DNA of 64,000 bases from Octopus bimaculoides (Eukaryota), in assembly GCF_001194135.2 (NCBI RefSeq), contig NC_068982.1, positions 122,974,007 to 123,038,006 on the forward strand, given 5' to 3'. How positions within the stretch are numbered: the stretch's first letter is position 1; each line of letters begins with the position of its first letter. The notes under the pieces were generated by a model that saw only the letters and a list, made by a program, of their open reading frames with translations, was not told where the DNA came from and did not search any database. The translations under genes were made by a program, and so were the position numbers. Below are positions 37,608 to 51,260 of the stretch, piece by piece.

Positions 37608-39641
37608 CTGATGAAAAGAAAGCATTAAAAATTGATAAATAAAAAAATTACATTTTTCAATCCATACCATCAGTATTTTAAGAGATAAATAGATATAAAT
37701 AAAAACAAAATTTTCATAAATTAAATCAAAATGTTAGAATTTATAAACTTCAAGAGCATGTGAAATAATTTTGTTCTGGAAAGGATGTTGAAGCAAAGCC
37801 ATAAATAATAGCTGTGAATATTAGGTTAAAAACCCTTTAGATTGAAGTCAACTTTGCCTTTCATCCATTTAAGGTCGATAAATAAAATACTAGTTTGGTA
37901 ATGGAATCAAGTCTGCTGCACTCTTTTTCTCTCTATCGCTCTCTCATATTACAGAGGAGTCCAACCCATGCTAGCATGAAATGTAGATGTTAAATGATGA
38001 TGATATAAGCACAGGAATGGATGGGTGGTTGAGAAATTTGCTTCCCAACCATGTGGTTTCAGGTTGTCTCATTACGTGGCACCTTGGGCAAATGTCTTCT
38101 ACTGTAGTCCTGGGTCAAGCAAAAACCTTGTGAATGAATTAGGTAGGCAGAAACTGTCATGTATGTCTTTAAGTAGATTGTGTATGTTCATGTTGCCTTC
38201 TTTTGACATCAAGTGATAGCTGTAGATGAATGAGTGTCACTGTCATAGCAGCAGTGTCATTTATTTCTAATATTCTGCCCAAAAATATAAATTTTCTTAA
38301 GAGCAAGAGTTATAACTATCTCTAACATCTTGCTGGTTTCCATTTGATTCATCATATGACAATGTTTGATCTGGGGAATTTTGAGAAAGAACTGAATCTA
38401 TTCTCAGCCTTTATAGCACAAATGAGTAATTAAACTCATGGTATACATCAACTTAAGTTGGAGTTAGATTCATATCACACATCTTGATAACATTAATAAC
38501 AATACAATACTATTAATACGATCTGGTTGTGAAGAATTACTGCACAGCTTTCATGAACAGGTGACAATTTTCAAAAGCAATTTGAATGATTTTCATTTCT
38601 TTCATTACTTCAAATATTTTGTTAATGTTAACAAATAAAATGAGACTTGCATTGTTTAATACATTCCTCACAATAATTATTGTATGGACTATCAAAGAGA
38701 TCTACAGCATACAATAGAAATTACAAATATTCATAACTAAACAATATTATTAAAATCACATATTGGGAGTCCGAATAAACAAAACATCACTAGTCTATAC
38801 AGCTTGGATTTTAAAATGCAACACACATTGTCTTCTCCACTATACCATAAATGTCAGTGTAGAAGGCAACTAATGTATATGACTCAATTTCCTGTATGAT
38901 TGCATAGAGGCTCCCTCAGTGGTTTTGCATATGTAACAAATATAAGTGACAATAGAGGGGGACAATCCTTTGTTACAAATGAAGTACTGTGAATATAGGT
39001 CAGGTTTGGACTGGACTACCTATGTTCAGTCCACTGCAGGACAAAGGCCTCAGCATGTTCCTTCCACCAACCACAGTCTGATGTGGAGACTGTGAATTTG
39101 AGCTCGAGATCATATTGGTTTCATGAGCCTACTCTGCCACACTGAATCAACAATGGATTGGTAGAGGAATGCATTTTTTATACGCTTACCCAGGAGTAGT
39201 TAAGTTGATTACATTGGCCCCAATGCTCAACTGGTACTTATTTTATCAGCCCCAAAAGGATGACATTTCAAGTCAGGATGTTAGTACAGATGAAATACCA
39301 TTAGACATTTCAGAGGTGGAGCACTAAGCAGTGATAAGTAAAATTGTAATATTATTATCAGTCCGAATATGCTTACAGAGTGTTCGAACTGGGGAACAAG
39401 CTACTCGCTGCATTTTGTCAGGGAAAGTATATCCAGTTGGTTGACAAATGATGTGTATACACCTAGATTGGCTCACAGTGCCACCTACGCAGACTGGAGA
39501 TGCTAGCATTTCGGAGTAGTTATCTCCTCTTCAGTCACAGACACTAGGCAGGTGGCACTATGAGCTGATTGAAGAGATTGACTCTCTTGTGCTTTTCCAG
39601 TCACCATATGGTAACTGGTAGCACTAAATGATGGATCATCA

Positions 39642-39850
39642 TCATCATCATCATCATCGTCGTTTAACTCCGCTTTCCATGCTAGCATGGGTTGGACGAT
39701 TTGACTGAGGACTGGTGAAACCAGATGGCTACACCAGGCTACAATCTGATTTGGCAGAGTTTCTACAGCTGGACGCCCTTCCTAACACCAACCACTCAGA
39801 GAGTGTAGTGGGTGCTTTTTACGTGCCACCAGCACGAAGGCCAGTCAGGC
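39642..39850 (-). mobile_element. RTE 3'-tail element
   Basis: (CAT)n tail and the conserved tail motif shared with 24655-24900. Confidence 0.75.
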
Positions 39851-41149
39851 GGTACTCAAGGCTCTTTCAAACTGGGGAACAAGCAACTCACTGTGTTTTG
39901 TCACGGAAAATATATTCCGTTTGTTGACAAATGGTGTGCGGATGATTTTTGCCAGCTTGCTGCCTTAAGTTTCTCTTAACTATCAATAAAAAGAAACTCT
40001 CTTACTAATATAGATCACATTTCTATTTCAAAGTTTAACTGTTCCTGTGATACAATTACTCTATTCATGCAGATATTTTTGACAGAATAGAAAATAAGGA
40101 CTTTGTAGACGAGTTATTAATCAAACACCTGAAACTAGCACAAATTAAAGCTTATTACACAATGGAATCAAACAGTATTACAGTGTTGGTGTTTCTTTCT
40201 ATCATTCTCAATTATTTTATGGGTTATTCTATGTTTACAATTTAATCTCAAATTAACTAAAATTAAATCGTTATCACCTCAGATAAAATTATTAGCAGCA
40301 TTTCATCCATCTTCATGTTCTGAGATCAAATTCCTCTGAGGCTGATTTTACCTTTCATTCTTTCAGGGTCGATAAAGTAAGTACTAGTTGAACACTGGGT
40401 TGATGTAATCAACTTATCTCCTCCTCCAAAATTGCTGACCTCATGCCAAAATTTGAAATCATTATTTTAAGTCCAACTTGGCTATCTTGGAAACACCGGA
40501 GTGTTTCCTGTGTTCAAACTGCTACTTCATCAGCAATAAAATTTGAAATTCCATTTATTTTTTAGTACAAAAAATCCCTACTGAAGTAGATGTATTATAT
40601 GACATTAAATGTACCATTTCATAATTTTTTCCCCCCATTTATTTCTACAATCTGGACCAGATTTGTATTTCCACTAAAGTTGATACAAAAGGCTTGTTCT
40701 TTGTTTCATTTTTTAATGTGCTTTTTATTAGTCATATGCTTTTAACAATTGTTAATCTAGCCTAGTAACATCTTCTTGATATGCAATACTTTAAATGCTT
40801 AAATAACCTCAGAATACTTAGATCATAATTATCACATACTCTCTCTCTTTTACTCTTTTACTTGTTTCAGTCATTTTGACTGCGGCCATGCTGGAGCACC
40901 GCCTTTAGATATGACACTTTTCTGGGTCAATATAATTTTGAAACCAATAAACAATAATTTTAGGATATAAATGCCAGAGAATTATTACATGACTTTTGTA
41001 AACTGTATCAGATTATTAAGACTGTTGCAACCAATGATTTAGTCTGAACATCTGCAGGAAAAACATGGGTGGGAGACCAAGAGTGTAGTGCAGTTGCTTG
41101 CAATGGAATGGAATCCCATTAAAGTTCCCCAGGTACCCTAACTGTGTCA

Positions 41150-41595
41150 GGTGATATGATATGCTTGAGATGACCTGTTGAGTCAAGTAAAACCAAAATC
41201 GTAGCTATGGCCAGTACCCCCTGGCTGGCTCCTGTTCCGGTGGAACATAAAATGCATCATCCAAACATGGTCAATGTCAGTGTCCCCTGACTGGCTTCCA
41301 TGCCAGTGGCATGTAAAAAGCACCATCTGAACATGGCCAATGCCAGTACCCCCTGACTGGCTCCTGTGCCAGTAGCATATAAAAAGCACTATCCAAACGT
41401 GATTGATGCCAGGCTCGCCTGACTGGCTCCTGTGCCGGTGGCACATAAAAAGCACCCACTACACTCTCAGAGAGGTTGATATTAGGAAGGGAATCCAGCT
41501 ATAGAAATATTGCCAGATCAGATTAGAACCCAGTGCAGCCGCTAGCTCTGTAGACCTCAGTCAAACCGTCCAACCCATGCCAGCATGGAAAACGG
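41150..41595 (+). mobile_element. RTE 3'-tail element with four tandem units of about 63 bp
   Basis: Units CCAGTACCCCCTGACTGGCTCCTGTGCC...AAAAAGCAC at 41211-41459, then the AGGAAGGG..TCCAGC motif and (ATG)n tail. Confidence 0.75.
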
Positions 41596-44173
41596 ATGTT
41601 AAATGATGATGATTTACAATATCTACTTACAATCTTATTTTATTGGTGAAACATGGAGAGAAAATAGATAATCTACTAGAGCTGGTTGGAGTAGGAAAAC
41701 AAAGATATGAAGGTGTCTATACTTAGTCTAAAATATAAATTTTACTTAAGCCAGAAGAGAAGCCGGCAAATTTTCTAATGCTTATTAGTGAGCCAAATCA
41801 TACGGGATGACACCAAGGGAAGAGGAGTCCACAATTACTAAAACTACACTAGTTTTCAATAAGGGTGAAAAGAAAAAGAAAAAAAACGGCATGAAATTAT
41901 CATTAAGAGGTATTGCTGAGAAAGAGGACACCATTACCAGTGAGAAATCATCAATGTCAGTAAATACAGCCATTAAAATCATGAAGTGAAAGAAAGAGAA
42001 ATCTGAGATAGATATGGATTTTAGTTTCTTCTACACAACATAATTATATAGTTTGTTGTTTTGTTATTTTTGCCCAAGACATTCCATCAGTACACCATTG
42101 GTAAGTAGTCTAAATAGAATACTACTAGATTTGCCCTGTCATTACTAATTAGGTCACTGTTGAAATCTTCAGGTTCATGTAGGTGTATCTAGGACAACTC
42201 AGTCCTTTCTTTACAAGATAAACAACACCAATGAGAGAATTCATAGGTGAATGTAGGAAATGTTAGAAACAAATTTACAAGTAGACTGAACCAGTAGTTA
42301 AGTCCTTCATTAGACAATAACCTCCCAATACACAGGAAATTTATGACTAGTGTTGAGTTGTCTATTAAATGTTTTTTATTTGCTAATATATTTTTTATAT
42401 AAAAAGATAGTTTAATAAAAACCACTGGTAGTATGAATACTAATATTTCATTGCAATGCTGGTTCTCCTTTCTCATAGACATTTCAGAATACATGCTTTT
42501 TTAGCTCTCTTATTTAGTTGCAGCTAGAATGTTTGTGAATCACTAAATTAGACTAAATGTTTTATGTAAAGCTGTTTCAACTGCATTGAAGTCTTAGATT
42601 ATTATAGCACTGGCATGAACAAAGTTATAGTGTAGTTATTTGTTCACATATCATTTAGAAGTCAGAATGTAAGACTAATTAAAAAAAAAAAAAAGTTATT
42701 TTTAATCTATGCCTGAAGACTGTAGATAGGAGTGAACATTTGTTTGCCTTTTACTTTTTCTTTTTTTAATACTGCTGACATGTTTTCCTATCTCAACCAG
42801 TACACTAGTATAGTGGTGCATATATTTTAAAATAAAAGAGCATTGCCATTAATGTTTAGAGCTATTTAAAGAAATTTTTTGAAATTGATTCCATCAGTCT
42901 TTTGCTACTACAGAAAGCTATAGAGTTAACATATTTTACTTTACATGTTATATCAACATCCCACACAAAGAATAATTATTTATCCAATTAACCAGCTTGA
43001 TAAATAAGCTAACAAGGGATGCTTTAAATAATCATTTAATATGCTAAAGACAGCAACAAAATATCCTTTGAATCACACCATAGTTTAAAAGAAAAAAAGA
43101 TAATGCAGTCCTAAATAAACACTGTCCAAAGAAAACAAAAAAAACACTGTCCAAAGCTGAAATAGCTTTTGTCATAGGTCTGCTCAGTCGGGGCTAGCCT
43201 GGGGCTAAACAACAACCAATGTGATAGCACCAACTACTTGATCTTCCTTTGTTTTTACCCAAAATTTAGTTGTTTTAATTTATTCTCTTCAAAGTAAAAA
43301 CAGACAATTAATGTAAACACATTTATTATAAAATTTGAGTAGGCAGGAACTTTAAGTTTTGTCTAACGACAAAAAATCCAACTAGTACAAATGTTATTAT
43401 GAATTCAATACTAATCTCAAGAGACGCTTTATGAGAAAATGTCCGGTTGTTATTCTTAAAATTGCTTTAAAATAATAATCTCAATTTGACAGATACTGTT
43501 ACCACATTTATACATTTCGCGTCACAGCAACTGAAGTGCTACAGTCAGAACCAAGTCGTAGCTGGCCACACACCAATATCTACACAATTAACTCATTAAA
43601 ACTCATACATTTAACTTTTCACTAATGCAGTGTACACATAGACATTGAATATTTGTATATAACAAACATCTACAGTTGAACACTTAAAGGAATCTAGCAG
43701 AAATATGTGCAAATTTTAAAAAAGCATACAACACCATAACATAAAATGTTGTCTCCCCATTCTTAATATAACCATCTCTTTTCTTTATTCAAAATGTCCT
43801 GACAGTGGAGTTTGATTAGAGAAAAATTTGGCAGCCGTTTCTAACAGGTCAAGTAACTACGTAAAAGTTTCTTGTAAACTCACATAAAAATATTTATATC
43901 TATGTATGTGTGCATATTCACTTTTTTTTCAATGGGTATTTCTATTTTTTTTTGATAATATCTGGAGTCAATAACCAGTGAATATTTTTCTCATGAAAGA
44001 GCCATCATTGTTATCATCATTTAATACCCATTTTCTATGTTGGCATGGGTTGGATGGTTTGACAGGAGCTAGCAAACTGGACCAGGCTCCAGTTGTCTCT
44101 AAGGTTGGATGCCCTTCCCGATGCCAACAATTTTGCAGAGTGTAGTGGATGCACTTTACATGGTGCCAGCACA

Positions 44174-44459
44174 GGTACCTTTTCTGCGATACTGGAGCAG
44201 ATGCCTTTTACACGACACCGGCATAGGTGCCTTTTATGTGACACCGGCATAGGTGCCTTTTATGTGACACCGGCATAGGTGCCTTTTATGCGACACCAAT
44301 GTGGGTGCCTTTTACGCGACACCAACGTGGGTGCTTTTTACGCTACACTGGCACGGGTGCTCTTTACGCGACACCAGCATAAGTGCTCTTTACGTGACAC
44401 CGGCACAGGTGCTCTTTATGCGACATTGGCATAGGTGCCTTTAACATGGTGCCAGCACC
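44174..44459. repeat. 26-bp minisatellite (about 11 units) inside an RTE 3'-tail element (about 44010-44480, -)
   Basis: Consensus GGTGCCTTTTATGCGACACCGGCATA; units counted by hand in exact 26-bp register. Confidence 0.9.
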
Positions 44460-45384
44460 AGTAAACTTTTATGTGGCACCAGTACCAATTGAGTAACCCA
44501 AGATAAATAAGTTTCATTAAGAAACATTTTACAATTTGAAAATCTATGTAAATGTATTTTCAGTGTCTGCTTGTTACATCTTTGTAGTTGGGAATTTTGT
44601 CACATAAAGAAGCACAAAGTCTAGAATGTAAAGTGTTTGACTATTGTCAAATCCAAAACTTGCTTGCAAAAGGTTGCCAGCAGTTATAATATTCTTTTTT
44701 TCAATCCAAAAGCTACTTGCATCATCATCATCATTTAACGTCCGCTTTCCATGCTGGCATGGGCTGGACAGTTTGACAGAAGCTGATCAGCTGAAGGGCT
44801 GCTCAGGTTTCATGTCTGAATGCCCTTGCTAAAGCCAACCACTTTACAGAGTGTAATGGGTGCTATGTGGCAAGATTAGGGATGCTCAGCTGGAGAGGGT
44901 TGCAGGGGATGAGCCTGGACGCAAGGGCACACTATGTAAAATTTATCACAGCCATGTAGAAAAATTAGCACCCTAGGCAAGTGTCTTATACTAAATCCCT
45001 GGGTCAACCATAATCTTTCAAGTGGATTTGGTAGAAGGAAACTGAAAGAAGCCCACCATGTGTATGTGTATGGAAAAAATGAGTGTGTGAGTGCATGTGT
45101 GTTTGTGTCTCCTCGTCTTGACATCACATGATAGTTGTAAATGAGTATCAATGTCATATAAGCCAGGTCATTCATTTCCAATATTCTGTGAGAATATGTC
45201 TGGCCATAGGGAAATATTACCTTGCTTGGAAATAGATAAGGGCTGGCAACAAGAAGGATATCCAAGCATAGAAACTTTGTTTCAAATAAACTGTCTAACC
45301 GAAGCAAGCATGGGAAAGTGGATGTTAAATGAGGAGTTCCAAACAAACATTATTTGCATTTTTCTTTTTCCTTATTAATAATAG

Positions 45385-45768
45385 GTGGAGGCGCAATGGC
45401 CCAGTGGTTAGGACAGCGGACTCGCGGTCATAGGATCGCGGTTTCGATTCCCAGACCGGGCATTGTGAGTGTTTATTGAGCGAAAACACCTGAAGCTCCA
45501 CGAGGCTTCGGCAGGGGTTGGTGGCGAACCCTGCTGTACTCTTTCACCACAACTTTCTCTCACTCTTTCTTCCTGTTTCTGTTGTGCCTGTAATTCAAAG
45601 GGTCGGCCTTGTCACACTGTGTCACGCTGAATATCCCCGAGAACTACGTTAAGGGTACACATGTCTGTGGAGTGCTCAGCCACTTGCACGTTAATTTCAC
45701 GAGCAGGCTGTTCCGTTGATCGGATCAACTGGAACCCTCGACATCGTAAGCGACGTAGTGCCAACATC
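45385..45768 (+). mobile_element. Young tRNA-derived SINE with intact TSD
   Basis: A box TGGCCCAGTGG (45397-45407), B box GGTTTCGATTCC (45440-45451), 8-bp TSD AATAATAG (45377-45384 and 45769-45776), many intact CpGs. Confidence 0.85.
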
Positions 45769-46677
45769 AATAATAGATATTTGACTAGGGAAAAACAAAA
45801 CTGACTCCCATCTATAATCAACCTTAATTTGGTTTATAAAATAAAACAAAGACAGTTTAATCAAGAACTTATCTCCCAACAAGAATTATTAAGAGTCTAT
45901 ACCTACATTAAAATAATGAGCTAGCTATTTAGAATATGCAGACTGTAATTTCTCAGATAGGCATGGCTGATACTCCAGCTTTAGAAGAGAAAGGTAATTA
46001 GGAACTGTTACGTTTGTGCCACTGTTAAATAAGCAATATTGTTTTAACTAGAAATTGAAACAGATGTTAAGCTTGGTTAGCTGAGAGCCAATACACTGAA
46101 ACTTACAACAAACGAATAAAAATACACTCATATACACACAATTCAAAAGAACCTAGAATGTCTCACAGAAGTCAAAGGAAACAGAGTAAACAAAAAATAC
46201 TGAATCATAAAAGAGAAAGCTAAACAAAGAGGAAATTTGGAACAAACTAGCAAAGCCTAATGTTTATTTAGTTATAGACTAAGTTAACACATAACTGAGT
46301 TGCATAATAACAGATATCCCTGTGCTACACCATTCAGAGACTGTTTGTATAGTGAGACGGGTCTAGCATCATACTTTAAATACTCCAACTTTGCTACTCC
46401 ACATACTAATTATTGCATATATGAACAATCACACAGAATGAGAAAAATGTCTGATTTTGAATCATCATCACCATCAACTTTACATCTGTTTTTTTTTTTT
46501 CCATGTTGGCATGACTTGAATAAGACCTGAGGCAGTATTTCACAGTTGGCTGTCCTTACTTTGTCTACAAGGTATTTATTCCACTACTTTGCATGTTTAA
46601 CTGCCAAGCTGCTGAACTTTTTCTTTTACGTGGGACAGAGTGGTACATACATACACATACAATATATATATACACAG

Positions 46678-46680
<3 letters not shown>

Positions 46681-46755
<75 letters not shown>

Positions 46756-46871
46756 NNNNNNNNNNATATATATATATATCATCATCATCATTTAACGTCC
46801 GCTTTCCATGCTAGTATGGGTTGGACGATTTGACTGAGGACTGGTGCAACCGGATGGCTACACCAGATATA

Positions 46872-46903
<32 letters not shown>

Positions 46904-46915
46904 CATATATATATA

Positions 46916-46975
<60 letters not shown>
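46681..46975. repeat. Microsatellite cluster (TG)n, 10-N gap at 46756-46765, RTE tail fragment, (TA)n, (AG)n
   Basis: Direct reading. Confidence 0.9.
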
Positions 46976-46976
<1 letters not shown>

Positions 46977-48549
46977 CTGTACAGCTTTCTGTCTATCAAA
47001 TTTCAGTCACAAAGTAATGGTCAACCTAAGGCTGTAGTAGAAGGTACTTGCCCAAGGTGTCACACAGTAGTTGTGAACCAAACTTGTTAACCACACAGCT
47101 ATGCCTTATGTCATATAACCCTTTGTAGTTTATGTCTTCTCACACTAGTCAAACTTTGACCTTGCTCTTATTTCTTTTACAAATAGGTATCTAAGACAAT
47201 TATTCCAAAAAATATGCTAAAATGCTTAATTACTGACCAAACTTGCAGCCACTCTAAAGAGTGAACTCAGAGATATATGAAGAAACTTAACTTCTTTATT
47301 AAAATGTACATAAGAAATTCAGTGACTCAAACTATATTGATGAATTTCTCAGATGTATTTTAATAAATAAACCTTCCCAAAAGATTGACATCCAGTGTAA
47401 CCATACCAGATCATCCCATAAATTGGATTTTTTTTTGTGTCAAGTTTATCAGCTGGATTAGCTGCTTGAGTGTCTGCTTTGATATCTCACAATCTATTGA
47501 AACTATGAAGTCAAGATATTTTATCAAAATTTTACCTATTCAACAGGTCAATATGCTGGACAAACCACAGATAAGGAAAGTGAATAAGTTATGCAAGAAA
47601 CAAAATCCAATAGAAAATATGTATATATATATCAGAATGATAAATAGACATAAAATGATGTGAAGGCGCTAAAACAAATACTTTCAGAAATTTGTGGCTA
47701 TAGTAGTAAGTTGTGCAAAGTATGTTCAAATGCAAATAAAAAGAATTCCTTTTAACTTATTGCTTAATGTTGGGTCAAATATTTATCACAACTAGAATAG
47801 GAAAGGGATGAACAAATACAGGCTTAATTCTGAAATTGGGATCATTTGATAAAAATAAATTCAATGTTAGTTGAAATATGGACAAACAATAAAACAGTTT
47901 TTAAACTGCTGATAATGGTGATAAAAATTATATTAATGAAAGTCATACAAAGGATAGGAAAAAGGTAAGAAAGACAAGAGGCCTGGGTGAGAACTAACTC
48001 AAAAGTAGATCACTGGATTATCATTGATGTTGGAAGATGTTTAACAGTTGTAATGGAAACATTGGTGTGCATGGAAACTATAGTGGCGTCCAAGAATAAT
48101 GGCTAGAAATTCATGTTTCTGAAATTGTGACAAATTTATAACAAACTTTGTTGGCAATCTGAATGTGTGAATATACATTTATAGACAATGAGTTTAAGCT
48201 GAGAATAGATGTATGATGAAGGAACACAACTAGAGAAATGCCATTGTAAAGAGCAGATCCTAAAATATAAACTATTGCAACACATTAGAGCTGGTAAGAG
48301 TGGGAAATGTGATGGAGAAATCTATTCTTAGTTTATGCATAGAGGTGGGTGTCAAATTTATTTAGCTAGAAGAGAAGCAAACAGAAGATTTTCTGCTGTT
48401 CACTGGGGTGATAAGACTGTGTTAGACCAATCATGATGGCATCAATGAAAGAAGCCCAAAATAAACAGAAGTACACTTGTTTTCAGTAAGAATAAAAAGA
48501 AAAGAAGGTATGCTATCATGAGACATTGCTAAGAAAGTAGAGAAAATGA

Positions 48550-50244
48550 TATCAATGAGGAAGAGAACAACTATGGAATTCACAACTGCAATGCTGCAAT
48601 GTCGCCTTAAGAATAAACGAAACTATGCTTCTTCGGGTCTTGATTGTGTTACCTGCTTCTCAAATGTGGTGGACACTTTCTTCTGCACCAGCTTTCACAA
48701 TTCTTTCAGTTCTGTCTTAACAATGGTGCTACTCCGGAGCAGTGGAAAACTGCCAGTGTATCATTCCTCTGTTCAAAAAGGGTGACCGCACGTCACCTGT
48801 CAACTATCATCCAATTAGTCTTAATAGCTGCATTGCCAAACTAATGGAATCCAGTGTCAGAGAAACACCCTGGAACTTCTGGAATTCTCACAGCCTTATC
48901 TGGCCATCACAATTCAGATTTATCCCTAACTCTAGCTGCTGTGATCAACTTATCGAGTTTCTTGAAGACATCACCTAGGTCGCTGATGGTGGCTCATGGG
49001 TGAATGTTGTTTACCTTGACTTTGCTAAAGAATTTAATTTTGTGTCACACAAGTGACTTATGGCAAAACTCTCTGCAATGGGTGTGAAAGATGATCTTTT
49101 TAACTGGTTGGAATCCTTCATTCTCAGCCGAAATGTTCTAGGACAGCATTCTTCACCCTATGAGATGTCATCTGGCATACCACAGGGATATGTTCTTGGT
49201 CCCCTTTTGTTTGTTGCATACATTTATGACATAAATGCCAACTTAAAGAATGTTACAGTGCTGAAATATGCAGATGACATCAGTGATGAAATATGCAGAT
49301 GTACCTTGAGATAAAAAGGACAGACCCTGAACAATATAGATCTTTCCTGCAATCAGACCAGGACACAATGCAATAATGGATCATGGACTGGCAACGCAAG
49401 CTGGCTGTGGACAAGTGTACCACCATGCATTTTGGGAGGAAAAAGCCGGTGTCCACATACTCTCTCCACAACACTAATAATGAAGTCTTCTTGTGAACGT
49501 GACCTAGACATTACTATCAACAGCGATTTGTGCTGGACAAAGCACATCTCTAAAATTTTCATGGCCAAGGGTGTCTTGGCATCACTCAGCAAGACCTTTG
49601 TCACCCACTCTCCAGCTATCTATTTAAGGTTGTACATGGCTATGGTACACACTTGGAATTTGCACCAACAGCCTGGAACCCCTATCTTGCTCAGGACATT
49701 CACCTCCTGGAAACTGTTCAGAGACGTGCAACCAAGTGAATACTCTCCATCAGGCATCTACCATACTCTGAGCACCTTGCATCCCTGGGCATAGATACAT
49801 TGAAACTCTGACGTCTGGCAACTGATTTGGTAAACACCCACAAAATTATTAACCATCATGCCAATAACCACCTTGAGCACCTTCTTGAGCTCCAAGTGTC
49901 TAACACATGTTGGCATGCCTACAAAGTCAGAAAACAGCACAGCTCCCATGACTTTCGGAAACATTTTTTCACACTCAGAGTAGCTGAAGCATGGAACAAA
50001 CCACCTGCATCAGGTGTTAGTTGCTGAGACATTGCATCCTTTAAAACCTCCATGCTTCCTAAAATTTGCCCACACTACACCTGATATCCCCCACTCCAAA
50101 CACATGCACAAGTGTATATCATGACTCATACACTGTTCACTTTCCTGACTTTTGTACATAATTCAATGTACTGTACATGCACCTTCCATGAGTTGTAGTG
50201 CACCTGAGCCCTATACACAATAATTTCATTATTATTATTATTAT
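48550..50244 (+). mobile_element. Decayed CR1-clade LINE: RT domain and 3' end
   Basis: PLFKKGDR...NYHPISL, VYLDFAK, SGIPQGYVLGPLLF..YI.D, LKYADD, ERDLDI, FFTLRV..AWN; (ATT)n tail at 50227-50244. Many stops. Confidence 0.9.
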
Positions 50245-51029
50245 AACCACTCCCAGTAAGAAATCACCTGTGATAGTAAATAAAGCAAGTAAGAACATGA
50301 TCTGAAAGCTAGAGAAAATTTAGAAATAGTTATTAAGATGTTGAAAATATTGTAATGGATAGGATTTAGTATGTGTTCGTAGTTAATGTGTCAGATAAAC
50401 CTGATAGCTTTAGGCTGGATAGAACCTAACAAAAATGTAGAACTATAAATACCATACTTTTAATGAGACTACTATAGAAACGTGATAATGGTGACAAAAG
50501 TTAGACAGTTGGATAAAATGCTTTACAGTATTTAGTAACAGCACTTTACATTCCAAGTTCAACTTTCTCCTGAATAGATAAAGTACAGTCAAGTACTCAA
50601 GTTAATCCTAGATGTCAATGGAATTATAGATTTTTTTTTTTTTATAAACTGAAATCAGGCTTCCAACAGTTTTTCTCACCTAGTGTTTATGCTGCTTGAG
50701 TGTAGAATCCACTCATCATATAGATGTGACCAGGGAGTAGCTCCAATCAGCCTGTTAGTTCACTTGACATTGGCAGCCTCAACTGCTAGTTGGGTCCTGA
50801 AAGATGTCTTTTCTAACCATGAAAAGGAGAGTGATAGGAGACAATATATAAACTCCAAATACAAGGAACCAAAACAGCTGCTGTGAGGCCTGTTATCATC
50901 ACTCAATTTTGTCAATCCATCTCTCTGTGCTGGTACTTTCCGAAAGGATGGAAAGTGAAGTTAACTTTGGTAGAAGTTGAACTCGGAGCAGAGAGAGTCA
51001 AAACAAATACTGCAAGGTATTACATGCTG

Positions 51030-51260
51030 GCACCATGTAAAAAGAACCCATGTTAGGACACATAAAATGCACCTATGCTGGGTCACAAAAAGCAAGCAGC
51101 ACACTCTGTAAAGTGGTTGGTATTAGGAAGGGCATCCAGCCACAGAAACCAACTCAAGTCAGACTGGAACCTGGTCCAGCTCTGCGGCTTGCCAACTTTG
51201 GTCAAACCATCCAACTCATGCCAGCATGGAAAATGGATGTTAAATGATGACGATGACGAC
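51030..51260 (+). mobile_element. RTE 3'-tail element
   Basis: AGGAAGGGCATCCAGCC motif and ATGATGACGATG tail. Confidence 0.7.

Noticed and set aside
41785-41982. Minus ORF containing LGVIPYDLA, resembling the SCaMC carrier motif LGIIPYAGIDLA; also the overlapping plus ORF 41807-41989
   Set aside because: The flanking residues show no carrier similarity, AGI is missing, stops follow at once and there are no supporting splice sites. Treated as coincidence.
41211-44459. Regularly spaced repeats at 41211-41459, 44174-44459 and 3045-3310 that look CRISPR-like
   Set aside because: The units are contiguous or have mutually homologous spacers, sit inside retroelement tails, and the DNA is eukaryotic with no cas genes.
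45385-45460. Possible tRNA gene
   Set aside because: It has A and B boxes but runs on into a 300-bp body bounded by a TSD and gives no clean cloverleaf. It is a SINE head.
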